From NCBI GenBank assembly GCA_043727435.1, contig JAYSYR010000008.1:1-61335 (forward strand): 61,335 nt of DNA, in the 5' to 3' direction. Every line of letters starts with the position of its first letter. Position 1 is the stretch's first letter. This DNA is from Deinococcus sp. GTDB taxonomy: Bacteria > Deinococcota > Deinococci > Deinococcales > Deinococcaceae. The translations under genes were made by a program, and so were the position numbers. The notes under the pieces are model-generated. The model was not told the DNA's origin. It made no database searches and saw nothing but the letters and a program-made list of their open reading frames with translations. This document shows positions 10,752 to 22,169 of this stretch, piece after piece.

Positions 10752-11621
10752 TTGAGTAGACGCGTACTCCTGCTGACGCTGGCCGTGCTGTGCAGCGGCG
10801 CGTCGGTGGTCGCCCAGAAGGCCGGGTCAGGCAGGTCGCTGCCCCTGGGTGACGGACACGTCTCGGACCAGCCGGCTCTGGGATCGGTGTACGCCTGTTC
10901 GTCTACAAGGCTGGACATCGGGGCGCTGCAGACTGGACCCTGGATACAGGGCGACCGCTGGTGGCCGGGGCGAAAACCGGTGGTGGGCGGTACCGTGCGC
11001 TGGCCTTCCGCCCGCATCGACCTGTCCACCAGTGGCGGTCGGCGAAAGATCACCTTCAACAACCTGCCCAATCATCCCACCGGCATCTTCCCCGTCGCGA
11101 CCAGTGACGACGCCTTCCGCTACGACCGCAATCCGAACGCTGTCCGGCCACAACCGCAGGTGCTGGACCTGCCCGCTCAGCCGGAGATGGCCGTCCAGTC
11201 CAGCTGCCTGTGGATGGGCATGATCGGCGTCACGCTGTCCGGCACGGCGCTGTACAGTGCCCTGGACGCGCAGGGACGCGACGCCCCGGCGCATGAGCTT
11301 CAGGACGCCTGCCATGGGCATCCGGAGGTCAGCGGGCAGTACCATTTCCACGACCTGGGTGCCTGCGCCGCTGCCGGGCCGGGCGGCCTGATCGGTTACG
11401 CGCTGGACGGCTTCGGCATCTACCGTCCGGACAGCGACCCAGCAAAGCAGACCGCCCTGGACGCCTGCCACGGCCACCTGGGCGAGGTCGTCTGGGACGG
11501 CCACAAGGTCGTCATGTACCACTACCACGCGACCGGCGATTACCCCTATACCCTGGGCTGCTTCCGGGGCACGCCGGTGCGATTGCCCGCAGCACGCCCG
11601 CCTCCACCGCCCAGCCGGTAA
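10752..11621 (+). CDS. Secreted YHYH-domain protein
   Basis: Signal peptide; DACHGHP...YHFH, IGYALDGFGIY, LDACHGH...YHYH. Confidence 0.85.
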   Translation: MSRRVLLLTLAVLCSGASVVAQKAGSGRSLPLGDGHVSDQPALGSVYACSSTRLDIGALQTGPWIQGDRWWPGRKPVVGGTVRWPSARIDLSTSGGRRKITFNNLPNHPTGIFPVATSDDAFRYDRNPNAVRPQPQVLDLPAQPEMAVQSSCLWMGMIGVTLSGTALYSALDAQGRDAPAHELQDACHGHPEVSGQYHFHDLGACAAAGPGGLIGYALDGFGIYRPDSDPAKQTALDACHGHLGEVVWDGHKVVMYHYHATGDYPYTLGCFRGTPVRLPAARPPPPPSR

Positions 11622-11668
11622 GTGTCCAGCCCGTGTGTACCCGGCCCACCGAGGCCCAACCCCTGAAT

Positions 11669-12856
11669 TCAGGCCGGAACGAGGTCCTCGGCGTAGCGCG
11701 CCACCACCGCACGCGAGATGATCATGCGCTGCACCTCGCTGGTGCCCTCGCCGATGCGGGTCAGGCGGTTGTCGCGCCAGAAACGCTCGACCGGGTACTC
11801 CTTGATGTAGCCGTAGCCGCCCAGCAGCTGAATGGCCTCGTCGCAGGCCTTCACGCCGACCTCGGTGGCGTAGAGCTTGGCGCGGGCGGCCGAAAGAGAG
11901 AAGTCGGCCCCGGCGTCTTTCAGGTCGGCGGCCTTGCGGATCAGCAGGCGGGCCGCTTCCAGTTCCACGTCCATATCGGCCAGCCGGAAGGCCACGCCCT
12001 GGTTGGCAGCAATGGGTTTGCCGAACTGCTCGCGCCCGGCGCTGTACCGCGCGGCGTATTCGAAGGCGGCCCGGCCCAGCCCCAAGCCCATGCTGGCAAT
12101 CCCGATGCGGCCACCGTCGAGGACGCGCATCACGTCCTTGAAGGCCTGACCACGCGTGCCCAGCAGCGCGTCTTCCGGCAGCGCCATGTCGGAAAAGATC
12201 AGCTGCGCGGTGTCGCTGCTGCGCAGACCCAGCTTGTCTTCCTTGCGGCCCACCGAGAAACCCTCGACTTCGGCACGGTTGAACACGAAGGCCGAGATAC
12301 CGTCGGTCTTGCTGCGGCCGGGGCGCGGAGCGTCGGTGCGGGCCAGCACCACGTAGGTGCCGCCCACCGAACCCTGGGTGATGAAGTTCTTCGAACCGTT
12401 CAGCGTCCAGGTTCCGTCTTCATTCTGCACGGCGCGGGTCTTCAGGCCGCCGCTGTCGCTGCCCGACTCCGGCTCGGTCAGACCCCAGGCGCCCAGCACA
12501 CGGGCCGAGGCCAGGTCCGGCAGGAACTTCCGCTTCTGCTCCTCGGTGCCGCCGATCAGGATGTGGCCCTGGCAGAGCGAGTTGTGGCTGGCGACGGTCA
12601 GGCAGAGCGAGCCGTCGTACGCCGCGATCTCCTCGATGATCAGCGCGAAGGTGGCGGTGTCGAGGGCACTGCCGCCGTATTCTTCGGGCGTCTGCGCCCC
12701 CATGATGCCCATCTCACCCAGCTCGCGGGCCAGCGTCATGGGGAACTCGCCGGTCTGGTCACGCTCGGCCGCGCCCGGCGCCACCTTGTTCTTCAAGAAG
12801 GCCTGCAGGCTGCTCAGGATGGCGCGCTGGTCGTCGTTCAGGTCGTAGTGGGTCAT
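11669..12856 (-). CDS. Acyl-CoA dehydrogenase
   Basis: [34 protein letters not shown]...[10 protein letters not shown]; GGAG RBS before ATG. Confidence 0.95.
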   Translation of the reverse strand: MTHYDLNDDQRAILSSLQAFLKNKVAPGAAERDQTGEFPMTLARELGEMGIMGAQTPEEYGGSALDTATFALIIEEIAAYDGSLCLTVASHNSLCQGHILIGGTEEQKRKFLPDLASARVLGAWGLTEPESGSDSGGLKTRAVQNEDGTWTLNGSKNFITQGSVGGTYVVLARTDAPRPGRSKTDGISAFVFNRAEVEGFSVGRKEDKLGLRSSDTAQLIFSDMALPEDALLGTRGQAFKDVMRVLDGGRIGIASMGLGLGRAAFEYAARYSAGREQFGKPIAANQGVAFRLADMDVELEAARLLIRKAADLKDAGADFSLSAARAKLYATEVGVKACDEAIQLLGGYGYIKEYPVERFWRDNRLTRIGEGTSEVQRMIISRAVVARYAEDLVPA

Positions 12857-12975
12857 GGTGAGTGCTCCTGTGAAACGCTGTGGGCGCGAATGGGGCCCTG
12901 GGAAAGGGGCAGAACTGTTCAGCTGAAACTGTTCGTGGGCTGGTGAGATCTGGGCTGCTGTCAGAATAACCGATT

Positions 12976-12993
12976 CTAACAAACGATTGTTAG
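12976..12993. promoter_or_regulatory. Palindromic operator CTAACAA-N4-TTGTTAG
   Basis: Perfect 7-bp dyad in the divergent region between the acyl-CoA dehydrogenase and vanW. Confidence 0.55.
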
Positions 12994-13138
12994 GGAATAC
13001 TGCACAGGCCGGTCCGGCATCCTTTAACTCTGTGTGCCCCCGCCCCGTGCTTCCGGCAGGCTTCATGAAGGTTGAGGCCAGCGGGCAATGGTGCACTTGT
13101 CAAGATCGAGTAAGAAATTCTACATACAATAAGGAACT

Positions 13139-14872
13139 GTGAAGCCTGACCCTCTTTCCGCCCCTGCCCGACCCAACCGGAGCCGACCCTTGATGCTGGG
13201 CCTGAGCGGAGTCGGTGCCGTGCTGCTGCTGGGCGGCGCGCTGGCGCTCGGCATGAACGCCACGCAGGACATCATCGCCCCCGGTATTCGGGTGGGCGGC
13301 ACCGATCTGGGTGGACTCGGCAGCAAGGAGGCGCTCAGCAGGCTGCAGGCCGCGCAGGGAACAGCGCCCCAGGTCGCGGTGCGGGCAGGCAAGGGCAGCT
13401 GGAGTGTGCCGGCCACTCAGCTGGGCTGGAGCCTGGACACGGCGGCCGAACTGAAGGCGGCGATCCAGGCGAGCGGCGAGCGCACGCTGCTGCAGAAAAT
13501 CCAGACGCTGCTGGGCCGACCGCCAGTGCAGGGACTGGCCGCCACCGAGAAAGTCGACGCGGCGCAGGCAAGGACCGCCCTGGCAGCGCTGACGGCCGGG
13601 CTCAACACCGCCCCCAGAGACGCCAGCATCGTATTCGACAAGACCCGCTACGCCGTAAAGCCCAGCGTCACCGGCGTGGCCGTCAACGTCGAGAGCAGCG
13701 TGCAGAGCTTCGTGAAGCGCCCGGAGCTGCGTGCGCTGACCCTCGACGTGGCCGAGGCCCAACCGAAGTACACCACCGCCGCCATTCAGAACCTGGTGGG
13801 TCAGGGCAATGCGCTGGTGCGCCCCCTGTCGGTCAAGCTGGGCGACAGCGGCCCGGCCTTCACGCTGACCTCATTGCAGGTCGCCAACCTCTACTGGGTC
13901 AAGGTCACCGGCCTGGAACTCGACAGGGACGCGGTGGCGGTCAAGGTCAAGCAGATCTCGGCGGCCGTCGATCAGCCGGCCCAGAACGCCCGCTACGCCC
14001 TGAAGGGCAGCGGCCTGGTGAAAGTGGCCGAGAAGGCAGGCCTGATCAGCGACCCGGCACAGGTGCTCAAGCTGCTGTCACAGGCGGTGCTCGATCCCAA
14101 GACGAGCAGCATCGTGCTGACGCCCAAAGTCAGCGAGCCCACCCTGACGCTGGCCGACCTGCCCGACGCCAGCAAGCTGAGCCTGATCGCCACCGGCAAG
14201 AGCACCTATTACCACTCCAGCCCGGCCCGGCGCGTGAACGTCGTCAACGCGGCGGCCAAGATCAACGGCGCGGTGGTGGCTCCCGGCGAAGACTTTTCTT
14301 TCCTGGACACCCTGGGCGGCATCAGTCCCGAGAACGGCTTCGTGACCGGCCTGATCATCTCGGCCGGGCGCACTGTCGACGGCTTGGGCGGCGGCGTGTG
14401 TCAGGTCTCGACCACCACCTTCCGGGCGCTGTACCAGGCCGGGCTGCCGGTGGTCGAGCGCAACCAGCACGCCTACCGGGTAGGCTACTACGAACCGCAG
14501 GTGGGCTTTGAGGCGGCCGTCTACGATCCGGGCAAGGACCTGAAGCTGAAAAACGACACCGGCGGCCCGATTTTGGTCAAAAGTATCAACGACGATGCCC
14601 ACTCCACCCTGACGGTGCAGGTCTGGGGGCTGCCGCAGAGCCGCACCGTCAGCGTCTCGGGGGCCACCATCACGGGCCACACCGCCCACCCGGCCGCCAA
14701 GTATGTGCCCAGCGCCGACCTGCCCCGGGGCGCGGTCAAGCAGATCGACTGGGCCGCCGACGGCTACGATCTGTACATTACCCGCACCATCAGAGACAAG
14801 GGCGTGGTGCGCACCGACAAGACGAGCACCACCTACAAGCCCTGGCAGGCGATCTACGAGGTCGGCGAGTAA
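13139..14872 (+). CDS. VanW family protein with peptidoglycan-binding segments
   Basis: N-terminal TM; GGGVCQVSTT, VVERNQHAY, EAAVY..GKDLKLKN. Confidence 0.9.
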   Translation: MKPDPLSAPARPNRSRPLMLGLSGVGAVLLLGGALALGMNATQDIIAPGIRVGGTDLGGLGSKEALSRLQAAQGTAPQVAVRAGKGSWSVPATQLGWSLDTAAELKAAIQASGERTLLQKIQTLLGRPPVQGLAATEKVDAAQARTALAALTAGLNTAPRDASIVFDKTRYAVKPSVTGVAVNVESSVQSFVKRPELRALTLDVAEAQPKYTTAAIQNLVGQGNALVRPLSVKLGDSGPAFTLTSLQVANLYWVKVTGLELDRDAVAVKVKQISAAVDQPAQNARYALKGSGLVKVAEKAGLISDPAQVLKLLSQAVLDPKTSSIVLTPKVSEPTLTLADLPDASKLSLIATGKSTYYHSSPARRVNVVNAAAKINGAVVAPGEDFSFLDTLGGISPENGFVTGLIISAGRTVDGLGGGVCQVSTTTFRALYQAGLPVVERNQHAYRVGYYEPQVGFEAAVYDPGKDLKLKNDTGGPILVKSINDDAHSTLTVQVWGLPQSRTVSVSGATITGHTAHPAAKYVPSADLPRGAVKQIDWAADGYDLYITRTIRDKGVVRTDKTSTTYKPWQAIYEVGE

Positions 14873-14965
14873 GGCAGACAGCGGTCAGGACCTCAACCGA
14901 GGCGCACCCGATTCGCAGTCGGATGTGCCTTCTTTCCGTTCTCACGGCCCTGCCGACCCTGCTGT

Positions 14966-16630
14966 TCAGGACGTGCGCCTGCTCTGCTCGGGCCGGTATT
15001 CGGTCTTCTCGCGCGTGACCGCGTTGCGGCCGGAGCGTTTGCCCCGGTAGAGCAGCTGATCGGCACGGCGCAGGGCGGCCATCAGGTCGCCGTCGGGGCA
15101 ATTGACGACGCCCGCCGTGAACGACACCGCGAACCGGGCCGGCATCTCGCTGAAGGCGGCGTTCCGGAGGTCCAGCCGCAGCCGGTCGAGCAGCCCATAG
15201 GCGTCTTCGAGCAGCGTGTTGGGAAAGAGAATCACGAACTCCTCGCCGCCGAAGCGCGTCAGGATGTCGCGGTCGCGCAGGCCGGAACGCAGGAACTGTG
15301 CGAACTCGCGCAGCACCCGGTCGCCGCCGTCGTGGCCATGGGTGTCGTTGACCGCCTTGAAGTGGTCGATGTCGAGGATCGCCACCGCGACGTTGGCAGG
15401 CTGCAGCTGCGCCCGGACGAGGCCCAGACCCCGGCTCATGAGGTAGTGTCGGTTGTACACGCCGGTCAGCTCGTCGGTCACGCTGATGGTTTCGAGCTGC
15501 CGGTGCATCGTCTCGAGCTGGGCCAGAGCGGCCCGCAGGTCCTCATTCAGCTGCCGCTGGGTCTGCGCCTCCTGCTCGGCCAGTTCGGTGCGGTGCAGCA
15601 CCTCCAGCGCACGGACCTTGGCCGCCTGCTCGTGGGCGTTCTGCTCGCCGAACAGCCGGATGTACTCGCGGGCGTGCACCAGGGCCTGCCCGCTGTGGCC
15701 CAGCGCCTCCTCGACCTCCGAGAGCAGGTGGTGGACCGAGATCTGGGTGACGACCATGCCCGCCGCCTGTGCTCCCTCGAGCTGCGCCTCCAGCACTGTC
15801 CGGGCTTCCGGGGTGCGGCCGGTGTGCAGCAGCAGACGAACGAGCGGCGGAATGGTGATCCAGAGCGGACGGCTGGCGTCGGCCCGTTGCCGGGCCAGCG
15901 CTTCCCGCAACAGCCGCTCTCCGGTGGCCGGATCGCCGCGCTGCAGCTCCAGTTCGCCCAGCCGAGACAGTACGAGCACTTCCAGAAACAGGTGACCGCA
16001 GCCGCGCGCCAGGGTCAGGGCGCTGCGGTACAGGAGCGTCGCCTCAGACAATCTCTCCTGTCGTTCGCGCAGCTCGCCCAGGCTCCAGGCCACGAAACTC
16101 CGGCCCACCGCGTGTCCGGTCCGGTCGAAAATGGCCTGCGCCGCCAGCAGATAGCCGTCGGCGTGCGCCGGGTCGCGCCCGGTATGCATCACACCCAGGT
16201 CATGCAGCCCGCTGCCTTCAGACTCGGTGTCGCCGTTGGCGCGGCTGGCCCGCAACTGTTGGCGCAGGCTCAGCGTGGCCTGTTCCAGCTCGCCCAGTTC
16301 CAGCAGGGCGCAGCTGCGGGCATTCAGAGCGCGGCTGAACCACCACGACTCCGGCGCGGCCGAGAGCAGCGCCAAAGCCTCAGTGGCGTATTCCAGCGCC
16401 TCAGCCTGCCTGGCTTCCCGGAAAGCGATATACGCCCAGACCACCAATGAGGCGGCCGCCAGTTCGGTGTCTTTCGCGGCCGAAATCGACCGGGCACTGT
16501 GCTGAGCCGCTGCCAGCTCAGCCAGCCCGGGCGTCTGTGAAACCCCTGAGACAAGCTCACGGCAACGAGAGAGGTCGAGTTCCCGCCAGTGCCAGGCTTC
16601 CGAAAGCCGTTCCAGAGCCGATGACACCAT
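14966..16630 (-). CDS. TPR-repeat GGDEF diguanylate cyclase
   Basis: Helical TPR-like repeats; TDELTGVYNR, DIDHFKAVND, RFGGEEF; TATACT just upstream of ATG. Confidence 0.9.
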   Translation of the reverse strand: MVSSALERLSEAWHWRELDLSRCRELVSGVSQTPGLAELAAAQHSARSISAAKDTELAAASLVVWAYIAFREARQAEALEYATEALALLSAAPESWWFSRALNARSCALLELGELEQATLSLRQQLRASRANGDTESEGSGLHDLGVMHTGRDPAHADGYLLAAQAIFDRTGHAVGRSFVAWSLGELRERQERLSEATLLYRSALTLARGCGHLFLEVLVLSRLGELELQRGDPATGERLLREALARQRADASRPLWITIPPLVRLLLHTGRTPEARTVLEAQLEGAQAAGMVVTQISVHHLLSEVEEALGHSGQALVHAREYIRLFGEQNAHEQAAKVRALEVLHRTELAEQEAQTQRQLNEDLRAALAQLETMHRQLETISVTDELTGVYNRHYLMSRGLGLVRAQLQPANVAVAILDIDHFKAVNDTHGHDGGDRVLREFAQFLRSGLRDRDILTRFGGEEFVILFPNTLLEDAYGLLDRLRLDLRNAAFSEMPARFAVSFTAGVVNCPDGDLMAALRRADQLLYRGKRSGRNAVTREKTEYRPEQSRRTS

Positions 16631-16719
16631 TACGCGCAGTATAGGACCCCGGCGGAAGTGAGAAAACAGCTGCGGCGCCCCCGACCTCGATTGCCGGTCT
16701 GTAGTCGGCCGGCCCGGTG

Positions 16720-18093
16720 CTACACGAAGGCGCTCAGTCCGGTCACGGCGCGGCCCACCACCAGGGTATTGATCTCGTTGGTGCCCTCGTAGCTGTAGAT
16801 CGCCTCGGTGTCGCAGAAGTGCTTGGCCACGCCGTATTCCAGCAGGATGCCGTTGCCGCCGAAGGTCTCGCGGGCAAACGCCACCGTCTCGCGGCAGCGG
16901 GCCGCCGTGAAGACCTTGGCGAGGGCCGCGTGCTCGTCTTTCATGGTGCCGGCGTCCTCCATCTGCGACAGGCGCAGGCACAGCGTCTGCATCGCGGTCA
17001 GGTTGCCCAGCATGTGCACCAGATGGTTCTGGATGAGCTGGAACTCGCCGATCCGCTTGCCGAACTGCTTCCTCGTCTGGGCGTATTTCAGGGCCAGTTC
17101 GTAGGCGCCCATGGCGCAGCCGACGCCCTGCCAGGCCACCCCGGCGCGGGTCAGGCGCAGCACGTCGGCGGTGGTCCGGAACGAATTGGCGTTCTGCAGG
17201 CGGTCACTCTCGGACACTCGGCAGTCCGTCAGGGTGATGTGCCCGTTCTCGACGAGCCGCAGCGCGATCTTGCCCTCGATCTTCTCGACCCCGAAACCGG
17301 GCGTGCCCTTGCGCACCAGAAAGCCCTTGACCTGGTCGTCGGCCTCGTCGCGGGCCCAGATCACCGTGACATCGGAGAAGGTGCTGTTGCCGATCCATTT
17401 TTTCTCGCCGTTCAGCACCCAGGCGTCGCCGTCGCGGCGGGCGGTGGTGTGCAGGCCTCGGCTGACCTGCGAGCCGCCTTCGGGTTCGGTCAGCCCGAAG
17501 GCCCCGACCAGTTCCAGATCGAGCATCTTCGGCATCAGCTCGGCGCGCTGCCGTTCATCGCCGCCCAGCGCCACGCTCGCCAGCGCCAGCCCGGCGTGCA
17601 CGCCGAAAAACACGGCGGTGCTCACGTCGATGCGGCACATCTCCATGATGATGATGCCCTCGGTCACACTGGCGTCCGGCATGCGGCTACCGTCACCCTG
17701 CCAGATCTCACGCATCAGGTTCAACTCGCGCATTCTGGGAATGAGGTGCTGAGGGAACTCGTCGCGCGACCAGTACTCGTTCATGATCGGCGCGACCTCG
17801 GTCTCCATGAAGTGCCGCACCCGGGCCGCCACGCCGCGCTGGTGCTCGCTCAGACTGCCCATGATGCTGTAGAAGTCGCCGTCCGGGGCCGGCAGTTCGC
17901 GCTTCTGGCCGCCCTGTTTCCCGCCGAGCATGCCTGTCAGGCCCTTCAGCTGCGCCTCGCTCATGCCGGCCGCTGCGTTGAGCAGGGCGGGGAGGTCGAC
18001 CTTGCGAGACAGCTCTTCCAGCTTTCGGGGATCGATACCGGGCAGGTCCATCCCGGCTGGCAGACCCGCCGGACGTTTCGCTTCAGGTTGCAT
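16720..18093 (-). CDS. Acyl-CoA dehydrogenase (glutaryl-CoA dehydrogenase/ACX4-like)
   Basis: [37 protein letters not shown]. Confidence 0.92.
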   Translation of the reverse strand: MQPEAKRPAGLPAGMDLPGIDPRKLEELSRKVDLPALLNAAAGMSEAQLKGLTGMLGGKQGGQKRELPAPDGDFYSIMGSLSEHQRGVAARVRHFMETEVAPIMNEYWSRDEFPQHLIPRMRELNLMREIWQGDGSRMPDASVTEGIIIMEMCRIDVSTAVFFGVHAGLALASVALGGDERQRAELMPKMLDLELVGAFGLTEPEGGSQVSRGLHTTARRDGDAWVLNGEKKWIGNSTFSDVTVIWARDEADDQVKGFLVRKGTPGFGVEKIEGKIALRLVENGHITLTDCRVSESDRLQNANSFRTTADVLRLTRAGVAWQGVGCAMGAYELALKYAQTRKQFGKRIGEFQLIQNHLVHMLGNLTAMQTLCLRLSQMEDAGTMKDEHAALAKVFTAARCRETVAFARETFGGNGILLEYGVAKHFCDTEAIYSYEGTNEINTLVVGRAVTGLSAFV

Positions 18094-18238
18094 GCCGGCA
18101 AGCTACACCCCTCAGACGCGTCAGACTGAAGGGAAGGACGCAAGCTGCCTTGACCTGACCTTGAGAATAGACGGCGGGCCTGAAACCTGACGTGAGATTC
18201 ACCCAAACTGCCCGCTGGCCGCCCTCTACAATGGGCCT

Positions 18239-19042
18239 GTGATTCCCAGCACCCGGCCAACCACCGCCAAACCACCGCTCTCCGGGCACCGGGTGGCGTG
18301 GTACCGGCTGTACAAGTTCGGTCTGGACGTGCTGTTCACCTTCGTGCTGCCATACGTGCTGCTCAACCCGCGCCCCTTCGGCCTGCCCGACCTCTCGCCG
18401 CTGCTCGGCACCTACGGCGTCTACGTGCTGGCCGGGCTGCTGCCCACCATCTACATCGTCTGGGACACCGCGCGGCACCGCCTTCTCAACCCCTTTGCGC
18501 TCTTTCTGCTGGCCGGGGCCCTGAGCGGCGCGGTGGTCAGCTTCCTGAAGCTCGACGGCGTGGCCTTCGCCCTGAAAGACGCCCTGCATTCCGGCCTGCT
18601 GGTGCTGGTCTGCCTGGTGTCGCTGGCCCTGCACCGGCCGCTGTTCGAGTTTCTGTTCTACGGCGTGGTCGCTCCCGAAACGCCGCAGCAGGTCGGCCTG
18701 CTGAAGCGTGCGCTGGCCTTTCCCCCGGTGCGGCGGGCGCTGGCCGGAGCGACCTGGCTGGTGGCTTTGAAAGGCGTGATCCTGGGAACGGGCAGCTACC
18801 TTGTGGCCATCCACTTCGTCACGCTGCCCTTCGGCAGTGCCGCCTTCAATGCCCAGGTGGCGACCGCCCACGCCATCACCTTTCCGCTGGCTATCGTGTG
18901 CGACCTGGTGTTCTACGGCTGGGCCGCCTACCTGACGCTGCAGGCCACCCGCCGCCTGACCGGAGGCCGCGCCTGGCCCTGGCAGCTGGGCTTCTGGGAA
19001 GAACTGAGCGGCCTGAATACCGTGCAGCCCAAACCCGACTGA
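18239..19042 (+). CDS. VC0807-like multi-pass membrane protein
   Basis: 6-7 TM segments, PFGSAAFNAQVA; TACAAT 6 nt before GTG. Confidence 0.7.
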   Translation: MIPSTRPTTAKPPLSGHRVAWYRLYKFGLDVLFTFVLPYVLLNPRPFGLPDLSPLLGTYGVYVLAGLLPTIYIVWDTARHRLLNPFALFLLAGALSGAVVSFLKLDGVAFALKDALHSGLLVLVCLVSLALHRPLFEFLFYGVVAPETPQQVGLLKRALAFPPVRRALAGATWLVALKGVILGTGSYLVAIHFVTLPFGSAAFNAQVATAHAITFPLAIVCDLVFYGWAAYLTLQATRRLTGGRAWPWQLGFWEELSGLNTVQPKPD

Positions 19043-19161
19043 GTGCAGCCGCTGTGCTGAAACACTCACCACCACGCTGCCTCTGCCTCTTGGTATACTG
19101 GCAAGGTTGACCCGCAGGCGCCGGAGAACCTTAACCGGCCGCAGCGGAAGGGAGTCGTGCC

Positions 19162-20257
19162 ATGCAAGAGTTACTGGAAAAACTGGCCTCACTCCGGGAG
19201 TACCTTTGACATTCCCGGAAAAACGCGCCGCCTGAACGAACTGGACCGCAACCTCTCGGACCCGGGGCTCTGGAACGACCCGGAACGCGCCCGCAAGGTG
19301 AACCAGGAGGCGACCGGCCTGCGCCGGGTGACCGACAGCTACAACCGCCTGCAGTCAGACGCCATCGGCCTGAGCGAGATGCTCGAAATGGCCGACGACA
19401 GCGAGCGCGAAATGCTGGAAGAGGAGCAGACCACCCTGCAGGCGCAGGTCGACGACCTGTACCGCGAGACGCTGTTCACCATGCAGCACGCCGACGCGGC
19501 CGCCATCGTGCGGGTCAAGAGCGGGGCGGGCGGCACTGAAAGCATGGACTGGGCCGGCATGCTGGAACGCATGTTCATGCGCTGGGGTGAGCGCCGGGGC
19601 TACAAGGTCGAGCTGATCGACCAACAGGACGGGGATCAGGCGGGCATCACCAGCGCCGAATTCATCATCCGGGGCGACCGCGCCTACGGCATGATGGCCC
19701 CCGAGCACGGCGTGCACCGGCTGGTGCGGGTCTCGCCTTTCGACAGCAACAACCGCCGCCATACCAGTTTCGCCAGCGTGGACGTGGTGCCGGAAGTGCC
19801 GCCGGAAGAGATCAACATTCACATTCCCGACAGCGACCTGCGCCGCGACGTGTTCCGCTCGCAGGGCGCGGGCGGTCAGGGTGTGAACACCACCGATTCG
19901 GCGGTGCGCCTGACCCACCTGCCGACCGGCATCGCGGTGGCCTCTCAGGTCACCCGCAGCCAGATCAAGAACCACGAGATCGCTCTGCAGATCCTGAAGC
20001 AGCGCCTGTACGACATCGAGCTGAAGAAGATCGAGGCGGCCGAAATGGCGGCCAGGGGCGAGCAGAAGAAGATCGAGTGGGGAAACCAGATCCGCAGCTA
20101 CGTGCTCGACAAGCAGTACGTCAAAGACCACCGCACCGGCGTGATGCGCCACGACTCGTCGAACGTGCTCGACGGCGACCTCGACGAGTTCATGTGGGCC
20201 GGGCTGGAGTGGCTGGCCGGCAAGCGCAGCGCCGAAGAACTGGGCGAAGACGAGTAA
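19162..20257 (+). CDS. prfB: Peptide chain release factor 2 with programmed +1 frameshift
   Basis: [15 protein letters not shown], then CTT-TGA-C at 19204-19210 with internal GGGAG; SPF and GGQ motifs. Confidence 0.97.
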
Positions 20258-20351
20258 TCTATGCTCCGGTTGAATCCCGCGCAGCGTGCGGGATCACTTG
20301 GGGCCAGTCGAAGTGGGCTGAAAGGCAGCAGGGGTGCGTCCGGCGCTCCGC

Positions 20352-21077
20352 CTACCCAGCTGTCTTCTCGGCGGTCACGCTCTGCCGCTCGCCTCCGCCC
20401 CTGCGGGACGCCACATTCTGCGTGGCCTCCCGCTGCTGCACGCTGAGCGAATCAGTGCCGGCCAGCACCCGCAGGGCCTCCAGCCGGAGCAGCGTGATGT
20501 GGCGGTAACCGGTCTCGATCAGCCCGGCGTCGCGCAGGTCGGTGACCACCTTGCTGACGCTTTCGCGGGTGCTGCCGCTGCCCTCGGCCAGCAGTTCATG
20601 GGTGGCGCGCACGTACAGCCGGTCGTCGGAGTCTTCCGCTCCGAGCGGCGTATCGGCCAGTTCCAGCAGGTAGCGCACCACCCGGTGCTTCAGGTCGCCC
20701 GACTGCAGGTGCACGCTGTGCTGAATGGTCCGGCACAGCTGCTGACTCATGCTGCGCGACAAGTCCAGCAGTTCGCGTTCGGTGAGCTGCGCCGGCTCGT
20801 AGACGTACAGGCTGGCGGGCGTCAGTGCCTCGGCCGAGTAGAAGTGGTGCCCCCCCACGTGCTCTTCCGGCAACAGGCTGTCTTCCCCGAAAAAGTCGCC
20901 CGGCAGCACGTGTCTCAGGGTCACGGTACGCCCCCGGTGCGTCGTCTGGAACAGCCGGATCAGGCCGGTATCGGCGCGGTACAGCAGCCCGGCCCGCTCG
21001 CCCTGGCAATAGATCATCTCGCCTCTGGCCGCGCGGGTCTTGCGGGGCGGGTCCAGCTTTTCAAGCGGGCCGGTCAT
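20352..21077 (-). CDS. ldrP: CRP/FNR-family regulator, LdrP-like
   Basis: [34 protein letters not shown]; 4-nt overlap with carH/litR. Confidence 0.8.
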   Translation of the reverse strand: MTGPLEKLDPPRKTRAARGEMIYCQGERAGLLYRADTGLIRLFQTTHRGRTVTLRHVLPGDFFGEDSLLPEEHVGGHHFYSAEALTPASLYVYEPAQLTERELLDLSRSMSQQLCRTIQHSVHLQSGDLKHRVVRYLLELADTPLGAEDSDDRLYVRATHELLAEGSGSTRESVSKVVTDLRDAGLIETGYRHITLLRLEALRVLAGTDSLSVQQREATQNVASRRGGGERQSVTAEKTAG

Positions 21078-22009
21078 GGCTTGGCTTTCAGCGCGGCAGG
21101 GGGGCCAGGCACGGCCGGCGACCCCGGGGGATGCACCAGCAGAATACGCACCAGTTCACCCGCCGCCTGTGTCGCCGAGCTGCCCAGGTATTCGCCGTGC
21201 AACTCGGCAGCCAGCTCCGGCCGCCGGTTGAGCATCTGACCGCCGTAGTAGATCGGCATGCTCAGACCGTCGAATTCGGCCAGCTGAGCCTGCAGCTGCG
21301 CCAGCGAGTCGGGGGTATTGACGGTCAGCAGCAGCGCGCGAGCTCCCACCGACTGGGCATAGAGTGCCATGTCGGCCAGCGGCGTGTTGCCGCCCAGATA
21401 ATGCACCCGGATACCGCGCCGGCGCAGCACCACCGAGAGCATCATCAGGCCGATCTCGTGGTACTCGCCCGGCCCACAGGCAGCGACCATCGCGGGCCCG
21501 ACCTCGTTCATGCCGGCGGCCTCGAGCATCTGACTCAGGCGGGCCTTCAGAAACGCCGACGCCTGGTGCTCGTGGGCCACCGTGATCTCGCCGCGTTCCC
21601 ACAGCTCGCCGATCCGGCCCAAGGTGGGCTGCATGATGGTCATCATCACCTCCTCGGCGGGCAGGGTCACGTGCGCCTCGGCCAGCAGCCGGGCCGCTTC
21701 GCGGTGGTCCGGGCGGAGCAGGGCCTCGACCAGCGCAGAGACCAGCGAAGGCTCAGGCAGCGGCGTGAAATGGACTCGCGCCAGTTCCACGGCGCGGCCG
21801 GCCGCCACGCCCTCTTCCTGCCGCGCCTGAATGAAGGCGATACCGGCCAGATCCTGCGGACTGTACATGCGGTACCCGCCGGCACTGCGCAGGGGGCTGG
21901 GAAAGCCGTAACGGCGCTCCCACTGCCGGAGTGTGGTCGCAGGTACGCCAGTGCGGGACTCGACCTCACTGGCGGTGTACAGAGCGGTGTTGGCGTCGGC
22001 TTGGGTCAT
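21074..22009 (-). CDS. carH: B12-dependent light-sensing MerR regulator (CarH/LitR)
   Basis: MerR HTH (TLRQWERRYG), W-x9-EH (WERGEITVAHEH), B12 motif EYHEIG, YLGGNTP. Confidence 0.9.
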   Translation of the reverse strand: MTQADANTALYTASEVESRTGVPATTLRQWERRYGFPSPLRSAGGYRMYSPQDLAGIAFIQARQEEGVAAGRAVELARVHFTPLPEPSLVSALVEALLRPDHREAARLLAEAHVTLPAEEVMMTIMQPTLGRIGELWERGEITVAHEHQASAFLKARLSQMLEAAGMNEVGPAMVAACGPGEYHEIGLMMLSVVLRRRGIRVHYLGGNTPLADMALYAQSVGARALLLTVNTPDSLAQLQAQLAEFDGLSMPIYYGGQMLNRRPELAAELHGEYLGSSATQAAGELVRILLVHPPGSPAVPGPPAALKAKP

Positions 22010-22169
22010 CTTGACACCCGATGTTAATCTAAGCTCCCCCAACCCAAACGTACCAATGGGTGCAGTAGATCACCCGTCAGAGACGAAAAGGACCGCCCGG
22101 TACGGAACGGTCACGGACCGCGATCAGCGGCCAGGGAGGCAGGACCGTTCCGGGGAGCGCAGGCCGGCC

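Noticed and set aside
22010-22169. Cobalamin riboswitch or CarH operator upstream of carH
   Set aside because: No B12-box pattern; only isolated TnnACA hexamers without convincing 11-bp phasing
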